56,924 bases of DNA from a virus (taxonomy: Duplodnaviria; Caudoviricetes). Below the pieces are notes generated by a model. It worked only from the letters and a program-made list of their open reading frames with translations, was not told where the DNA came from and ran no database searches. Positions 44,419 to 53,416 of the stretch are shown here, one piece after another (the stretch's first letter is position 1; each line of letters begins with the position of its first letter). The DNA lies in IMG/VR virus record IMGVR_UViG_3300032895_000004, positions 1 to 56,924 of that record; one strand, given 5' to 3'. The position numbers and the translations under genes were made by a program.

Positions 44419-46783
44419 CGTCCGCTGACCCAACCGAGTCCGGAGAGCGGCCACCCGCGATGGCAAGGGCGCGCCGCACCACGCCGGTTGGCACCAGGGT
44501 TTCGGGATCGAGCGGAGCCTGCGTGCCCTTCGCTATCGACGGCTCGGAGCTGAACAGGGCCGAGGCGTACAACTGCTGTATCTGCTCGGCCAGGTAGTCC
44601 CAAGCCTGCCCACGAGCGGCCGCCATTTTGTCCCTGGCGGCCTGCAGCCTGACCGCGTTACCTCCAGGACCCGCAAGCAGTTGCGCCGTGCTTAGAGCGG
44701 CCTCCTGGGCCGTCTGGACCCACGCCTCGAAGGTGGGGCGAAGATCAGTCAGGTCGACGTGAGACGGAGAGGCCGTGACCCCGTGAGGATCGAGGCCGAA
44801 CCGCGCCGACACTTCGACGCCCAGTGCCCACGCAACTCGGGCGTTCGGCACGCTGCGGATCGCAGACGTCAGCGCCTTGTCGGTGCGCACCTTGGTCCGC
44901 AGCTTCGCCCCGGCGCGCTCGAGCTCGTGCATCAGCGTGGCCGACGCCAGCACTTGCAACCGGGTCCGAAGGTCACGGTCGATGGCGGTCAACTTGGCCG
45001 AGAGCTGGCGCGCTCGGTCGGTGATCCGAGGGTGAGCCTGCCCGAGCGACGACAGCCGGTGACCGTTCACCATCGTTACCGCGCCTTGCTCAGTGTGCGG
45101 CGGTGGACCGAGAGGTGGGCCGCCGACGGGATGCGGCGCAGCTTCGGGCGCGGGCGGCGCGCTCGACCCGGCGGGCACCGGCCCCAGCCCTGGTGGTGAA
45201 CCGGCTGGGCCGGTCGCCACCGGACCAGGAGGCGGCGTGCCGGGTGGAGGCTCGGGCACCATCGCCAGTCCACCTTTGACACCGGGCACGAGTCCCGCTC
45301 CCGTGATCGGGGGCACGGTCAGCGACGGGTCCATCCGGGCGGCGATGGCAAGAGAGATGTTGGCGGGCCACGCGCGCTGGTTGGCGATCATGCGTCCGAG
45401 CACCTCGATCGGGGTCGGCATGTCATCGTCACTGAACCCGGCGGCAGCACGAAGCGACGACCCGGACAGCTCACGCAGGTTGTAGAGCGATAGCGCGTTA
45501 GCGAACTTGTCGGGGTGAGTGACAATCTCGGTCGGGTCGTACCAGAGCAAAACCTGCGCAACGTCGGCCACGGTGTAGCCGCCGGCCGCGCCGCAGCGTG
45601 GGTCCGACATGAGCGCCATGCGGTAGTAGCCGACGGTGAGCGCATCGACGCACCGACGTACATGAGGCTCGATGTGATAGCGGAACGTGTTGTCATCGAC
45701 GGCCCAGGCGGTCCAGTGGTTCAGATCGGCCAGTCCTTCGAGCACGGCCTTGGGGAGGTCCACGCCGGTGGCGATACGCCCGATCAGCTCTTGGCGTTGC
45801 TGCGCCATGATGGCGTCGTACGGCCGGGCGAAGTCGATGAGCCTGATCTGCTGCAAAGCCTCACCGGGCCCACGCACCACGATCGGCACGACCGCCGACG
45901 CCACCCCCTCGTCGGCGATAGGCTCCATCATCGCCCGTTCGAGCTTGCCGGTGAACGATGAGTCCTCGTCGGTCTGCGCGTTGTTCGGGTTCTCCTCAAT
46001 GGAGAGCTCGGCTGGTATGCCCAACAGGCCGGAGGGCAACCGCGAGCGGCCCGAGGCGCGGATGCCCTTGCTGAGGATCATCAGCTCCTCGCACACGTCG
46101 AGGATCGAGCGCATCTCACTGTCGGCCAGCAGCTTGAACCGCGGGTGCGGCACCCACACTCGGGACACCACCGACGTGGCGGCTTCGAGTGGTATCCAGC
46201 CGTAGGCACCGCCGGGATCGACGGGGACCTCGCGCAGTTGCCAGACGTTGTTTTTGACCTGGACCTCGTCAATCGACCGGACGTTCCACTCGTCCTCGCC
46301 CGTCTCGGGATCGACGGTGCCGACGATGTACGCCTCGCCCGTCGTGGTGAAGGAAGTGCTCAGCGTCTCCATGTGCTCGGCCATCGCCACTCGGCCGTTG
46401 GCGAAGTCGCGCATGGCGTCGGCGCTGGCGTCGATCAGAGCTTGAGGGATACGGCCGGGAACCTCGGCGTTCGCCTCCTCGAAGGTCATGGGCTCGCCTT
46501 CGCCGTCCGCGGTAAACGCAGCGGGGTAGACGCGCATACGGCCGGCGGCGTTGGCTCGGTAGCGCACAGCGAAGGAGACCTCGGGGATGGAGTCACGGTA
46601 GGCCCACGAGTCGAGCTGCCACCGTTCACGAAGCAACTTCACCCGCCGAGCCTCGGGCTGCGAACGCAGGTCGATGGGCGCGGCAGCGGCCACCAGGCCT
46701 CGGTTGTTCATCGGCCCCTTGTTGAACACCGGCCGGCGGCGGGCGTTCCGACGCGGGAGGGGCAGCCGTAAGGATCGAGCCAT
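44411..46783 (-). CDS. Portal protein with a Pro-rich linker and C-terminal extension
   Basis: WQ..SW.Y.D.IPE..F, GEAY, RVW.PHP....ADS, R.R...G.L..P, SAVVP....GP, R.ATG.D.P...L.G....NHW.AW. Confidence 0.9.
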   Translation of the reverse strand: MARSLRLPLPRRNARRRPVFNKGPMNNRGLVAAAAPIDLRSQPEARRVKLLRERWQLDSWAYRDSIPEVSFAVRYRANAAGRMRVYPAAFTADGEGEPMTFEEANAEVPGRIPQALIDASADAMRDFANGRVAMAEHMETLSTSFTTTGEAYIVGTVDPETGEDEWNVRSIDEVQVKNNVWQLREVPVDPGGAYGWIPLEAATSVVSRVWVPHPRFKLLADSEMRSILDVCEELMILSKGIRASGRSRLPSGLLGIPAELSIEENPNNAQTDEDSSFTGKLERAMMEPIADEGVASAVVPIVVRGPGEALQQIRLIDFARPYDAIMAQQRQELIGRIATGVDLPKAVLEGLADLNHWTAWAVDDNTFRYHIEPHVRRCVDALTVGYYRMALMSDPRCGAAGGYTVADVAQVLLWYDPTEIVTHPDKFANALSLYNLRELSGSSLRAAAGFSDDDMPTPIEVLGRMIANQRAWPANISLAIAARMDPSLTVPPITGAGLVPGVKGGLAMVPEPPPGTPPPGPVATGPAGSPPGLGPVPAGSSAPPAPEAAPHPVGGPPLGPPPHTEQGAVTMVNGHRLSSLGQAHPRITDRARQLSAKLTAIDRDLRTRLQVLASATLMHELERAGAKLRTKVRTDKALTSAIRSVPNARVAWALGVEVSARFGLDPHGVTASPSHVDLTDLRPTFEAWVQTAQEAALSTAQLLAGPGGNAVRLQAARDKMAAARGQAWDYLAEQIQQLYASALFSSEPSIAKGTQAPLDPETLVPTGVVRRALAIAGGRSPDSVGSADDG

Positions 46784-47049
46784 CAGGTGTGCTCGGTCAG
46801 GAACCCAGCGACGGCCGACAACGCCAGCACGTAGCACCCCCACCGCACGATGCTCCACTCGAAGTGTGTCAGGGCGAGCAGGACGACGCCGAGCCACACA
46901 GAGCAACACCAGGGGCACTCAGCCCAATCACGCAGCTTGCCCCCGAGACGCTGGCGGATGGGCTCAGTGAGCAGGTCCCGACCGATGAACCACGCCAGGC
47001 GATAGATGCACAGCGCCACGATCAAGGCGTTGAGCGCCGTCCACCTCAC
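46783..47049 (-). CDS. DUF1360-like membrane protein
   Basis: YRL..FI..D..TEP.R......CPWC.SVW. Confidence 0.82.
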   Translation of the reverse strand: MRWTALNALIVALCIYRLAWFIGRDLLTEPIRQRLGGKLRDWAECPWCCSVWLGVVLLALTHFEWSIVRWGCYVLALSAVAGFLTEHT

Positions 47050-47201
47050 CGCAGCGCCTCACGACCGGCGATCAAAGTCCCGAGCCCACCGAGAACGAGG
47101 GCGGCCCACCACAGCCCAACGGACGTCACCAGGCCGGTGCCCGCAACGGCGCCACAGACGACAGCCGCACCGACGAGACCAACGGCGACAGCCAGCCTCA
47201 C
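47046..47201 (-). CDS. Small membrane protein
   Basis: Two hydrophobic helices; GTGA coupling. Confidence 0.55.
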   Translation of the reverse strand: MRLAVAVGLVGAAVVCGAVAGTGLVTSVGLWWAALVLGGLGTLIAGREALR

Positions 47202-47521
47202 CACGGGAACCCCGCCACTTGGTGACGAGTCGCCGACGTGCAGCCGCACCCCCGACCCGGGTTCAGATGCAACGTGCCTTCGGTGGTCTCAACCGCCAGG
47301 TGCGCCCGGTAGGGCAAGCGCTCGGCGCGGTCCCGGGTCGGGGGCTCGCCGGTCAGCTTCAGCTCGATGGTGACCACCTTGCGATTCGGCGCGAAGTGGA
47401 TGAACGCCCGCCGGTTAGTGATCGTCACCCGGGCCTGCGTGGCGATCTGCTCGCCGTCCAGCACGACCTCGACCGGGTGCAAGTTGCGACGGAGCCGTTC
47501 GACTTCAGTGACGACAGGCAC
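47198..47521 (-). CDS. Hypothetical protein
   Basis: 107 aa with a C-terminal GCGC motif. Confidence 0.65.
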   Translation of the reverse strand: MPVVTEVERLRRNLHPVEVVLDGEQIATQARVTITNRRAFIHFAPNRKVVTIELKLTGEPPTRDRAERLPYRAHLAVETTEGTLHLNPGRGCGCTSATRHQVAGFPW

Positions 47522-47541
47522 GCAGGTGAGTGTAGAGGCAG

Positions 47542-47733
47542 CTAGCTCGTGGTTTCGTGATCGGTGGTAGTGGGCAGCGCGTCGATCTGCGCCTGAAGTT
47601 CGGCCGCCCAGCCTGGGTGTTCCCCGAGGAACAGTGCTTCGTACGGCGCGGTGTGGTCACGCTGGCCCAGGATCGCCCGGCGCGCTCGGCGTCGACGCCA
47701 GCGACCCGCCTTCCACCAGAGCCAGGTCAACAT
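47542..47733 (-). CDS. Small hypothetical protein
   Basis: TGATG coupling to the upstream ORF. Confidence 0.45.
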   Translation of the reverse strand: MLTWLWWKAGRWRRRRARRAILGQRDHTAPYEALFLGEHPGWAAELQAQIDALPTTTDHETTS

Positions 47734-47900
47734 CAGCCAGTGCGAGGTCGTGGGCCTGGCGGCGTTCGCAGTTCGGTCCAGAGCTTTTCACGCAGTCTCC
47801 GGATTTCGGCACGGCTGTCGGCGGTCATCGGTCGCACGCGCTCAGCTTGGTCGAGTCTCCGCACGGCGGCGAGAAGTCGACGTCGTCTCCCATTGTTCAT
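47733..47900 (-). CDS. Small basic hypothetical protein
   Basis: MNNGRRRRLLAAVRRLD...; starts 1 nt after the terminase stop. Confidence 0.45.
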   Translation of the reverse strand: MNNGRRRRLLAAVRRLDQAERVRPMTADSRAEIRRLREKLWTELRTPPGPRPRTG

Positions 47901-47901
47901 G

Positions 47902-49548
47902 TCAGCCTCTTCTCAGCGCCGCCCGTGCGGCTCGTTGCATGTGTGGTGGTAGTCCTTCTAGCGCACCGGGGCGGCCGCGACCGGGAATCCGCCCTGTCGC
48001 CAGTTCGATCGTGGTCGGACCGCCACTCAGCAACAGCAGATCGGTCACTCCGAATACCAGAGCGTCGACCCGGTCGGGCGACTCGCTCGGCTGATCGCGG
48101 TCGTCGTCGGCGTCGTCAGCTCGACGTCGATCAGCAGCCGCTCGATCGGCAACGCGTTCACTCCGAGCGGCACCACCATCCGACTCCTCGCGTTCTTGCG
48201 GCGGTACCCAGGTGGTCATCTGCTCCTCGAGCCCGGCCAGTTTCGTGCCGACATGATGAACCCGGCCCTGTTCGTAGAGCGCCACCACCGGCTCCGCTCG
48301 CAGTCGCTTGCCGAGACTGGCTGGGACAAGCTTGAACGGCAGCGTGGCTTTCAACGCCGTGGCGGTGGAACGCATGACCAGTCGTACCTGCTCGCCCTGA
48401 AAGTTTTTCTCGCCGAGAACGCGATCGAGTCGGCCGGGAAAGTGAGGCACGCTCACCCGCCGATGGCCGTCGCTGGTGGTGAGCCGTTCCGGGTCGTTGA
48501 GCAACGCCAGCCCGGCCAGTTCGCCCCACTCGCTGGGTGTCATGCGACCGGACAGATCGGCCAGCACGTAGGCGTGTTGATCGGAGCCACGAGCGATCAC
48601 CACGATCCCGCACTCGTCCCCAGTCGTCCCCCAAGAGGGGTCCACCGCCACCACGGCCATGACCAACCGCGGGAGATCGTCGGGATCGAGCACTCGATGT
48701 TCGTCCAGCAGGTCTTGGGTCCACAAGGCTCCCTCGACCGCTTCGAGCAGTTCCCCCATCATCTCCTGGCGACCGAGCCGGGTGCCGTCGTACAACTTGT
48801 GGAGCTGAGCCACGTACTCGGGATCGGCGAACGGGTTGTCGTCGGCCGAGATGCCAGTCACCAGCCGGATGCGCGCTTGCTTGCTGCCCTCCTTCTTCAG
48901 CTCGGCGATCAGCGGACGTGTCCGAGGGGTGGTCGACGCCACGGCGTGTACTCGTCGCCCGGTCAGATCGGCTCCCACGTGGGCGTAGCGCCGGGCGATC
49001 CGCCGAGACAGAGTGGCCTGGTCGTAACCGCTGCGGAGATAGGGCCACGCCGCCAGCTCCTCGTACCAGTCGAAACACGAGTTCCCGCTGGCTCGGAGCC
49101 GGTCGACGTCCTTCTTCGAGTTGACACCGAGGAGGCGAGCCTGCGACCCGTTGGGCCAGAACGCGAAGCTGCCGCCGCGCCTGGTTTGCCCCACGACCTT
49201 CGGATTATGCGCTGTGAGCCCCGAGACGCCCTCCACGCAGGATTCCCAGGCGTCGCCCAGTGTCGGGGCGATGATGCGCATTCTGTGCGGTCTCCTGCCA
49301 CGTAGGCACGGCGGGCCTTCAGCGTGCGCGTTCATGGCGGCGGCGCAGGCATCCGTCTTGCCGGTGTTGCGGCCGGCCATCAGGAGCCATAGGGCCCAGT
49401 CGTCATCCTCGGGCAGGCGCTGGTAGGGAAGTGGCCGCCAGGCCAACGGGTCCGGGGCGTCGAGCGCGATGTCCTCGGTGATCTGCGCGGTCCGCAGGCG
49501 CAGGTACTCGGCAACCAGCCAGTCCCGGTCGACGGTGGGGGTGGTCAC
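47902..49548 (-). CDS. terL: Terminase large subunit
   Basis: Walker A LMAGRNTGKT, Walker B WYEELAAW, STTPR, YDGTRLGRQE, nuclease VAVDPS, EKNFQG, K..RAEPV..LYEQGRVHH, SPDRVDALV. Confidence 0.95.
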   Translation of the reverse strand: MTTPTVDRDWLVAEYLRLRTAQITEDIALDAPDPLAWRPLPYQRLPEDDDWALWLLMAGRNTGKTDACAAAMNAHAEGPPCLRGRRPHRMRIIAPTLGDAWESCVEGVSGLTAHNPKVVGQTRRGGSFAFWPNGSQARLLGVNSKKDVDRLRASGNSCFDWYEELAAWPYLRSGYDQATLSRRIARRYAHVGADLTGRRVHAVASTTPRTRPLIAELKKEGSKQARIRLVTGISADDNPFADPEYVAQLHKLYDGTRLGRQEMMGELLEAVEGALWTQDLLDEHRVLDPDDLPRLVMAVVAVDPSWGTTGDECGIVVIARGSDQHAYVLADLSGRMTPSEWGELAGLALLNDPERLTTSDGHRRVSVPHFPGRLDRVLGEKNFQGEQVRLVMRSTATALKATLPFKLVPASLGKRLRAEPVVALYEQGRVHHVGTKLAGLEEQMTTWVPPQEREESDGGAARSERVADRAAADRRRADDADDDRDQPSESPDRVDALVFGVTDLLLLSGGPTTIELATGRIPGRGRPGALEGLPPHMQRAARAALRRG

Positions 49549-50075
49549 ACGCCGTGGATGATCTGACGCAGGTGGCTCGTGCACCAGCGGTCTTGCGGCG
49601 AGTGAACGGCCTCTCGGCACCCAGGGTGCGTGCAGGCATCCGCCAGTTCAGTCTCGAGGTCGGGGTGTTCACTGGCCTGGTGAGCCTCGGCAACCTGGCG
49701 ACGCAGTTCGGCTCGTTCGTCGGCGTTGACCTCTCCGACGTACATGACTCGTACCGTGCGGTTGCAGACAAGGCACACGTGCTGAGTGCTGGGCGCAGCG
49801 AGCGCGGCGGCCTCGTGATCATCGACCCGTCCGTAGAGCTCTACGGGACGTTCCCGGCCGAGAACGGTCGCCCCATCGGCATGAACGGTCGGCTCACGAG
49901 CCTTCGACTTCCGAGCAGGACGAGGCCGCTCGAAAACCTCAAACCCAGCGGGCTCATCGACCAACGGCGCCAGCGCCTCCAGAGCCGTGTCGATTCGCGC
50001 TATCAGATCGACCAGCTCGGCGCGACGAGCCTGAAGCTCCCTGATCGTTTCTGACAGTCCGGGGAGAGGTTTCAC
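49545..50075 (-). CDS. Hypothetical protein (coiled coil plus Cys/His motifs)
   Basis: CLVC...H; CTHPGC...WCTSH. Confidence 0.65.
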   Translation of the reverse strand: MKPLPGLSETIRELQARRAELVDLIARIDTALEALAPLVDEPAGFEVFERPRPARKSKAREPTVHADGATVLGRERPVELYGRVDDHEAAALAAPSTQHVCLVCNRTVRVMYVGEVNADERAELRRQVAEAHQASEHPDLETELADACTHPGCREAVHSPQDRWCTSHLRQIIHGV

Positions 50076-50782
50076 GTCCCAGACGTCTCGAACGTCTCGG
50101 CATCGTCTGAGACACGATCCTGAGCCGTCTCAGACGATCCTGACGTGCCCACGGGGAGAGCAGAGTCGTCCACGAGAAGGGACGAGACGTCGATCGCCTC
50201 TCGCATGGAGGCGATTCGAGCCTCCAGAGCGTCAACGTCGATCCCGGCCGCTGTCATCAGATCACGTAGCTGGTCAAGGTGTTCGTTCAGCGCCTGCTCG
50301 GTGAACTGTTTGACTTCGACCACCTGAACAATGGGGGCATACACGCCGGTCAGACGGGCCTTCATGTCGAGCGCCATCAGAGCGGCGCGCGTGCTCTCCA
50401 CGCGAGTCCGATGCGAGACCTTCTCGTACACCGGCCGGCCAGCGGCCATCACCTGATTACCGAACTGGTCATACAGCGGGACCAGCCCGCGTCGAAGATG
50501 CGTGGTCTCCAAGAAGAGCTGATCGACCGCCTCCTCGATCAGTTGCGCCGAGACGGCCTTGTCCGTGGCCGTCAGCGTCCGATTGGCTCGTTTGACGGCG
50601 GCGTGCGCCCGACTCGGGCTGGTGAAGCCCAGCTCCTCGGCGATCTGGCGATAGCTGGCACCCCCCACTTTCAGCGCCCACGCTGCGGCGTCGCGTGACG
50701 TCCGATCGTCGGTTGAAGGCGCTGCGGGGGCCTCCGTGCCTGTCGGCGTGTCTACGACAGCTGGTGTTCCGGAACGGGGCAC
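50072..50782 (-). CDS. HTH protein, probable terminase small subunit
   Basis: A.ALKV.GASYRQIAEELG..S.S.A...V...RA.L.G.YAP; near terL. Confidence 0.7.
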   Translation of the reverse strand: MPRSGTPAVVDTPTGTEAPAAPSTDDRTSRDAAAWALKVGGASYRQIAEELGFTSPSRAHAAVKRANRTLTATDKAVSAQLIEEAVDQLFLETTHLRRGLVPLYDQFGNQVMAAGRPVYEKVSHRTRVESTRAALMALDMKARLTGVYAPIVQVVEVKQFTEQALNEHLDQLRDLMTAAGIDVDALEARIASMREAIDVSSLLVDDSALPVGTSGSSETAQDRVSDDAETFETSGT

Positions 50783-51182
50783 TCTGTGACTGTAGCCAGT
50801 CCGAGAAGCACCGAGATAGGAACCCACCCTCCGTCGCTCCAGACGAGGGCGTCCCCACACACAACGAATCGCAGCCGCAGCGCCAGATCAACAGCCGTGA
50901 CACCCCACGAGATAGGTGGCCCCGTCACCTTCAGACCGGAACCCCGTTCGGCCTCCATACAGGCCCAGTACCGCCGAGGGTCACCGAGGGCAGGGACCGG
51001 GTGGTCCGAGCGCTCGGACACTCGAACAACCCCATCAGGAAGCTGCGCACGGCGTCCCCCTCGGTGCCTTCGTCATCCCGCCGAGCGAGGACCCACGCCA
51101 CGTCGGCCTCCTCAAACCGACGCTGAATCATGCGAGCTCGAATCTTGTCGTCAGAGAGGTCTACTCTCCCGCCATTAGGCAT
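50752..51182 (-). pseudogene. Hypothetical protein, possibly split by a 1-nt deletion near 51022
   Basis: The protein-like frame switches at TTC GA/GTG TCC; total length is 3n+2. Could instead be two overlapping ORFs. Confidence 0.35.
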
Positions 51183-51711
51183 TGCCGACCACCGTGAGGT
51201 GCCGCGAGTACTTCGACCGCTTGGGGTTGGTCCAGTCCTCTGGCCGAGCCCGGCCCTGGTGGATGCGGAGTCCCTGGATCGTGTCGAAGATGCGCCCGCA
51301 GGAGCACTCACACCCCCGCGTGGGGGCTCTCAGGTTGGTTGGGTCGTACTCGGGGTGTTTGGTCCGCATGTGCCGGGCCAGCGCCGTGAAGGCGCGGTTG
51401 CAGCACGGGCATACGCCGTGGGCGAAGCGGTGACGGTCGCGAATCAGCCGTTGACGGGTCGCCTCGGCATCCGCCTCAGCGGCTTGAAGTTGGTCCGCCA
51501 GATGGCGCTCGCGGGCTTCGGCGTTGCGGAGCTTCTGCTCGGTCGTCTCGCCGAGCCACACGCGTGGATGACCTCTTGGGCAGTACCAGGTCTGCCCAGT
51601 GCGCTTGGTCTCGTCGTAGTAGCGGCGCGACATCGCGAAGTGCTGATCGCAGCCCGGCGCTCCGCACTCGACCGTCTCGTATTCCTTCTCGAGCCAGATA
51701 CTTGCCATCAA
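51175..51711 (-). CDS. Multi-zinc-finger coiled-coil phage protein
   Basis: C...GC...WYCPRGH, coiled coil, GVCPCCNRAF..L.RHM..KH, CSCGR.F....GL..H... Confidence 0.82.
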   Translation of the reverse strand: MMASIWLEKEYETVECGAPGCDQHFAMSRRYYDETKRTGQTWYCPRGHPRVWLGETTEQKLRNAEARERHLADQLQAAEADAEATRQRLIRDRHRFAHGVCPCCNRAFTALARHMRTKHPEYDPTNLRAPTRGCECSCGRIFDTIQGLRIHQGRARPEDWTNPKRSKYSRHLTVVGNA

Positions 51712-52073
51712 GTTCGCACCGCCTCGATCACGCGGCCACGAACCTCCAACCGTTCACCCAGGTCGCCCCAGCGCACCTGGACGACGATCAGGTGGGGGTC
51801 CTCTGCCAAGCATTCGGTCACCGTGGCTCGGAACACGTCGCCGGTGTCGCTGGTCTCCCACCACTCCATGCTGCCGTCTGGGGCGATATAGAACGACGCC
51901 TCGCCGTTGATCATGGAAGGGACCACCGGTGATACGAGCTGAGTCCAGTCATCGTCGTGTCCGGGACTCGAAGGCAAGTGCGCGGCGATATTGAGGACGG
52001 TCTGGCGAGCTTCCTCGACCCGTTCGGAATCTCACCCGCTCACGATCATGGCGTCATGCGAGTTCGTGCCCAT
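51708..52073 (-). pseudogene. Conserved phage protein with a premature TGA at codon 14
   Basis: MGTNSHDAMIVSG*DSERVEEAR...LVSP......NG..SF.IAPDGS.E.W..SD; ATG is coupled to the upstream stop; in-frame TGA at 52032-52034. Confidence 0.7.
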
Positions 52074-52330
52074 CAGGTTTCTCCTGTATCTTCGTCGCCA
52101 ACTTCGCCAAACTGAATGCGCTGGGCCAGTTCCAAAAGATCGGCCTGGGTCCGTCTGGCGCAGATGTCGGCCCACGCCAGCATCCGCTCCTCGGCGGCTT
52201 GCCGCTGCGCCCTGGCCTCGGGACCACCTATGTGGCGATCGAGAGCCTCCACCTCCTCAAGCGTGACGCCGAACCCTTCGCAGATCATGCGCTTTATTGC
52301 CTCGTCGGAGAACAGACTCGGATTAGACAA
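52073..52330 (-). CDS. Hypothetical protein
   Basis: TTG start overlapping the exonuclease stop. Confidence 0.55.
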   Translation of the reverse strand: MSNPSLFSDEAIKRMICEGFGVTLEEVEALDRHIGGPEARAQRQAAEERMLAWADICARRTQADLLELAQRIQFGEVGDEDTGET

Positions 52331-52853
52331 GGGACTGCACCGCCTCGTAGAGGGCCTTGGCCCACCGGGCGTCACCGAGGGCTGAATGCTCCAGGAACCC
52401 GCTACGGTCCACGCCCATCAGCTCGGAGAGCTTCGTGCTGTCCCAGGGCAACCCGACCTTGAGCCCCTGGGCTGTCAGGACGCCGACGCAGAGCGTCTCT
52501 ACGTCGATCAGGTGGTAGTGCCAGCCGGGGTCGATCTCGTACCGCCACATGAGACGGCGCAGCCGCTCCTCGTCGAAGTTAGGGACTGCTCCGACGAGGT
52601 GACGGCCACGGGTGAGGCGAGCCAGCATCGACATGGCCTCGTCCTTCTCGATGCGCTTGTGCGGGAGGTACCGCTCCTCGAAGTGCGTGATCTCCAACGC
52701 CCTCGGGTCGGCGAGCGCCAGCTCCCGTGCGGTCACGGGTAGCTGCCACTCATACGCCTGGCCGTCAACAATCAGACCGATTTCCCAGATGGGGTGCACG
52801 TCCGGGTCGAGGCCGAGCGTCTCGGTGTCGATGAATGCGACCTGTTCAGGCAT
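52323..52853 (-). CDS. DnaQ-like DEDDh 3'-5' exonuclease
   Basis: FIDTETLGLD, PNFD, WHYHLIDVE, HSALGDARW. Confidence 0.92.
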   Translation of the reverse strand: MPEQVAFIDTETLGLDPDVHPIWEIGLIVDGQAYEWQLPVTARELALADPRALEITHFEERYLPHKRIEKDEAMSMLARLTRGRHLVGAVPNFDEERLRRLMWRYEIDPGWHYHLIDVETLCVGVLTAQGLKVGLPWDSTKLSELMGVDRSGFLEHSALGDARWAKALYEAVQSLV

Positions 52854-53121
52854 CTTTGCCCCCTAACATTTCCGTGTGGACGTTATGAAGCGTGGTCGCT
52901 AGCTTTGTCAGCGTACCGCACGTCTCGGCCATTGATATGGCGTGGGCTTTGAACAGGTCGGCCGCTCGATCAAAGAAGGCGTTGATCCGCTCGACCATTT
53001 CCTCATCGCTCAGGTCGTCCAGCGAGTACCCGAACCAGCGGAAGTGCTCTCGGATCTGCGCGCAGACCTTGGCGTTCCTTCGCTCGAGTCGATGCTGCTT
53101 CCAGGCTCTCAGAGGAGTCAT
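52846..53121 (-). CDS. Hypothetical protein
   Basis: MTPLRAWK...FGYSLDDLSDEEM. Confidence 0.6.
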   Translation of the reverse strand: MTPLRAWKQHRLERRNAKVCAQIREHFRWFGYSLDDLSDEEMVERINAFFDRAADLFKAHAISMAETCGTLTKLATTLHNVHTEMLGGKDA

Positions 53122-53125
53122 CTGC

Positions 53126-53416
53126 TTAGGTCGGCTCCCTCGTGTAGAACCCGCGTTCGATCGTGAAATCCAGGCCAACGTCGCAAACAGAGCAACGACC
53201 TGAATAGCTGGCTGTGACCTCGCCCGTTTCGGCACCATAGACCTCATAGTCCTCGCGAAACGTTCGCAACGCCTCATGGTCGATGGGCGTATCGGCTTCG
53301 CGCCGAAGTCGGTCGAACTCCTCCATCGGCAAGGTCCCGTAGCCTTCATCGGCCTGCTTGCGGGCGTCGGCCCGTTGCTGCTCTGCGAGGTGGAGACACT
53401 TTGGGCAGATCGCCCA
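53126..53416 (-). pseudogene. 3' part of a Zn-binding phage gene interrupted by a 1.24-kb insertion
   Basis: Reads WAICPKC...YG.LP.EEF...TFREDYE.YG.....SYSG.C..C with no start (in-frame TAG six codons upstream). The missing start ATG AGC GCG AGC is at 54672-54661. Confidence 0.8.

Larger units (their letters stand above)
2058..53416 (-). mobile_element. Complete siphovirus-type phage/prophage genome unit (~51.4 kb)
   Basis: Full ordered set of terminase, portal, protease, capsid, tail, tape measure, lysis and replication genes. The two ends rejoin in frame to restore one gene (ATG AGC GCG AGC at 2069-2058 plus TGG GCG ATC from 53416). Confidence 0.9.

Noticed and set aside
52032-52034. TGA-to-Trp genetic code reassignment
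   Set aside because: Many genes end in TGA with ATGA/GTGA coupling and TGG is used freely; one nonsense change explains it.
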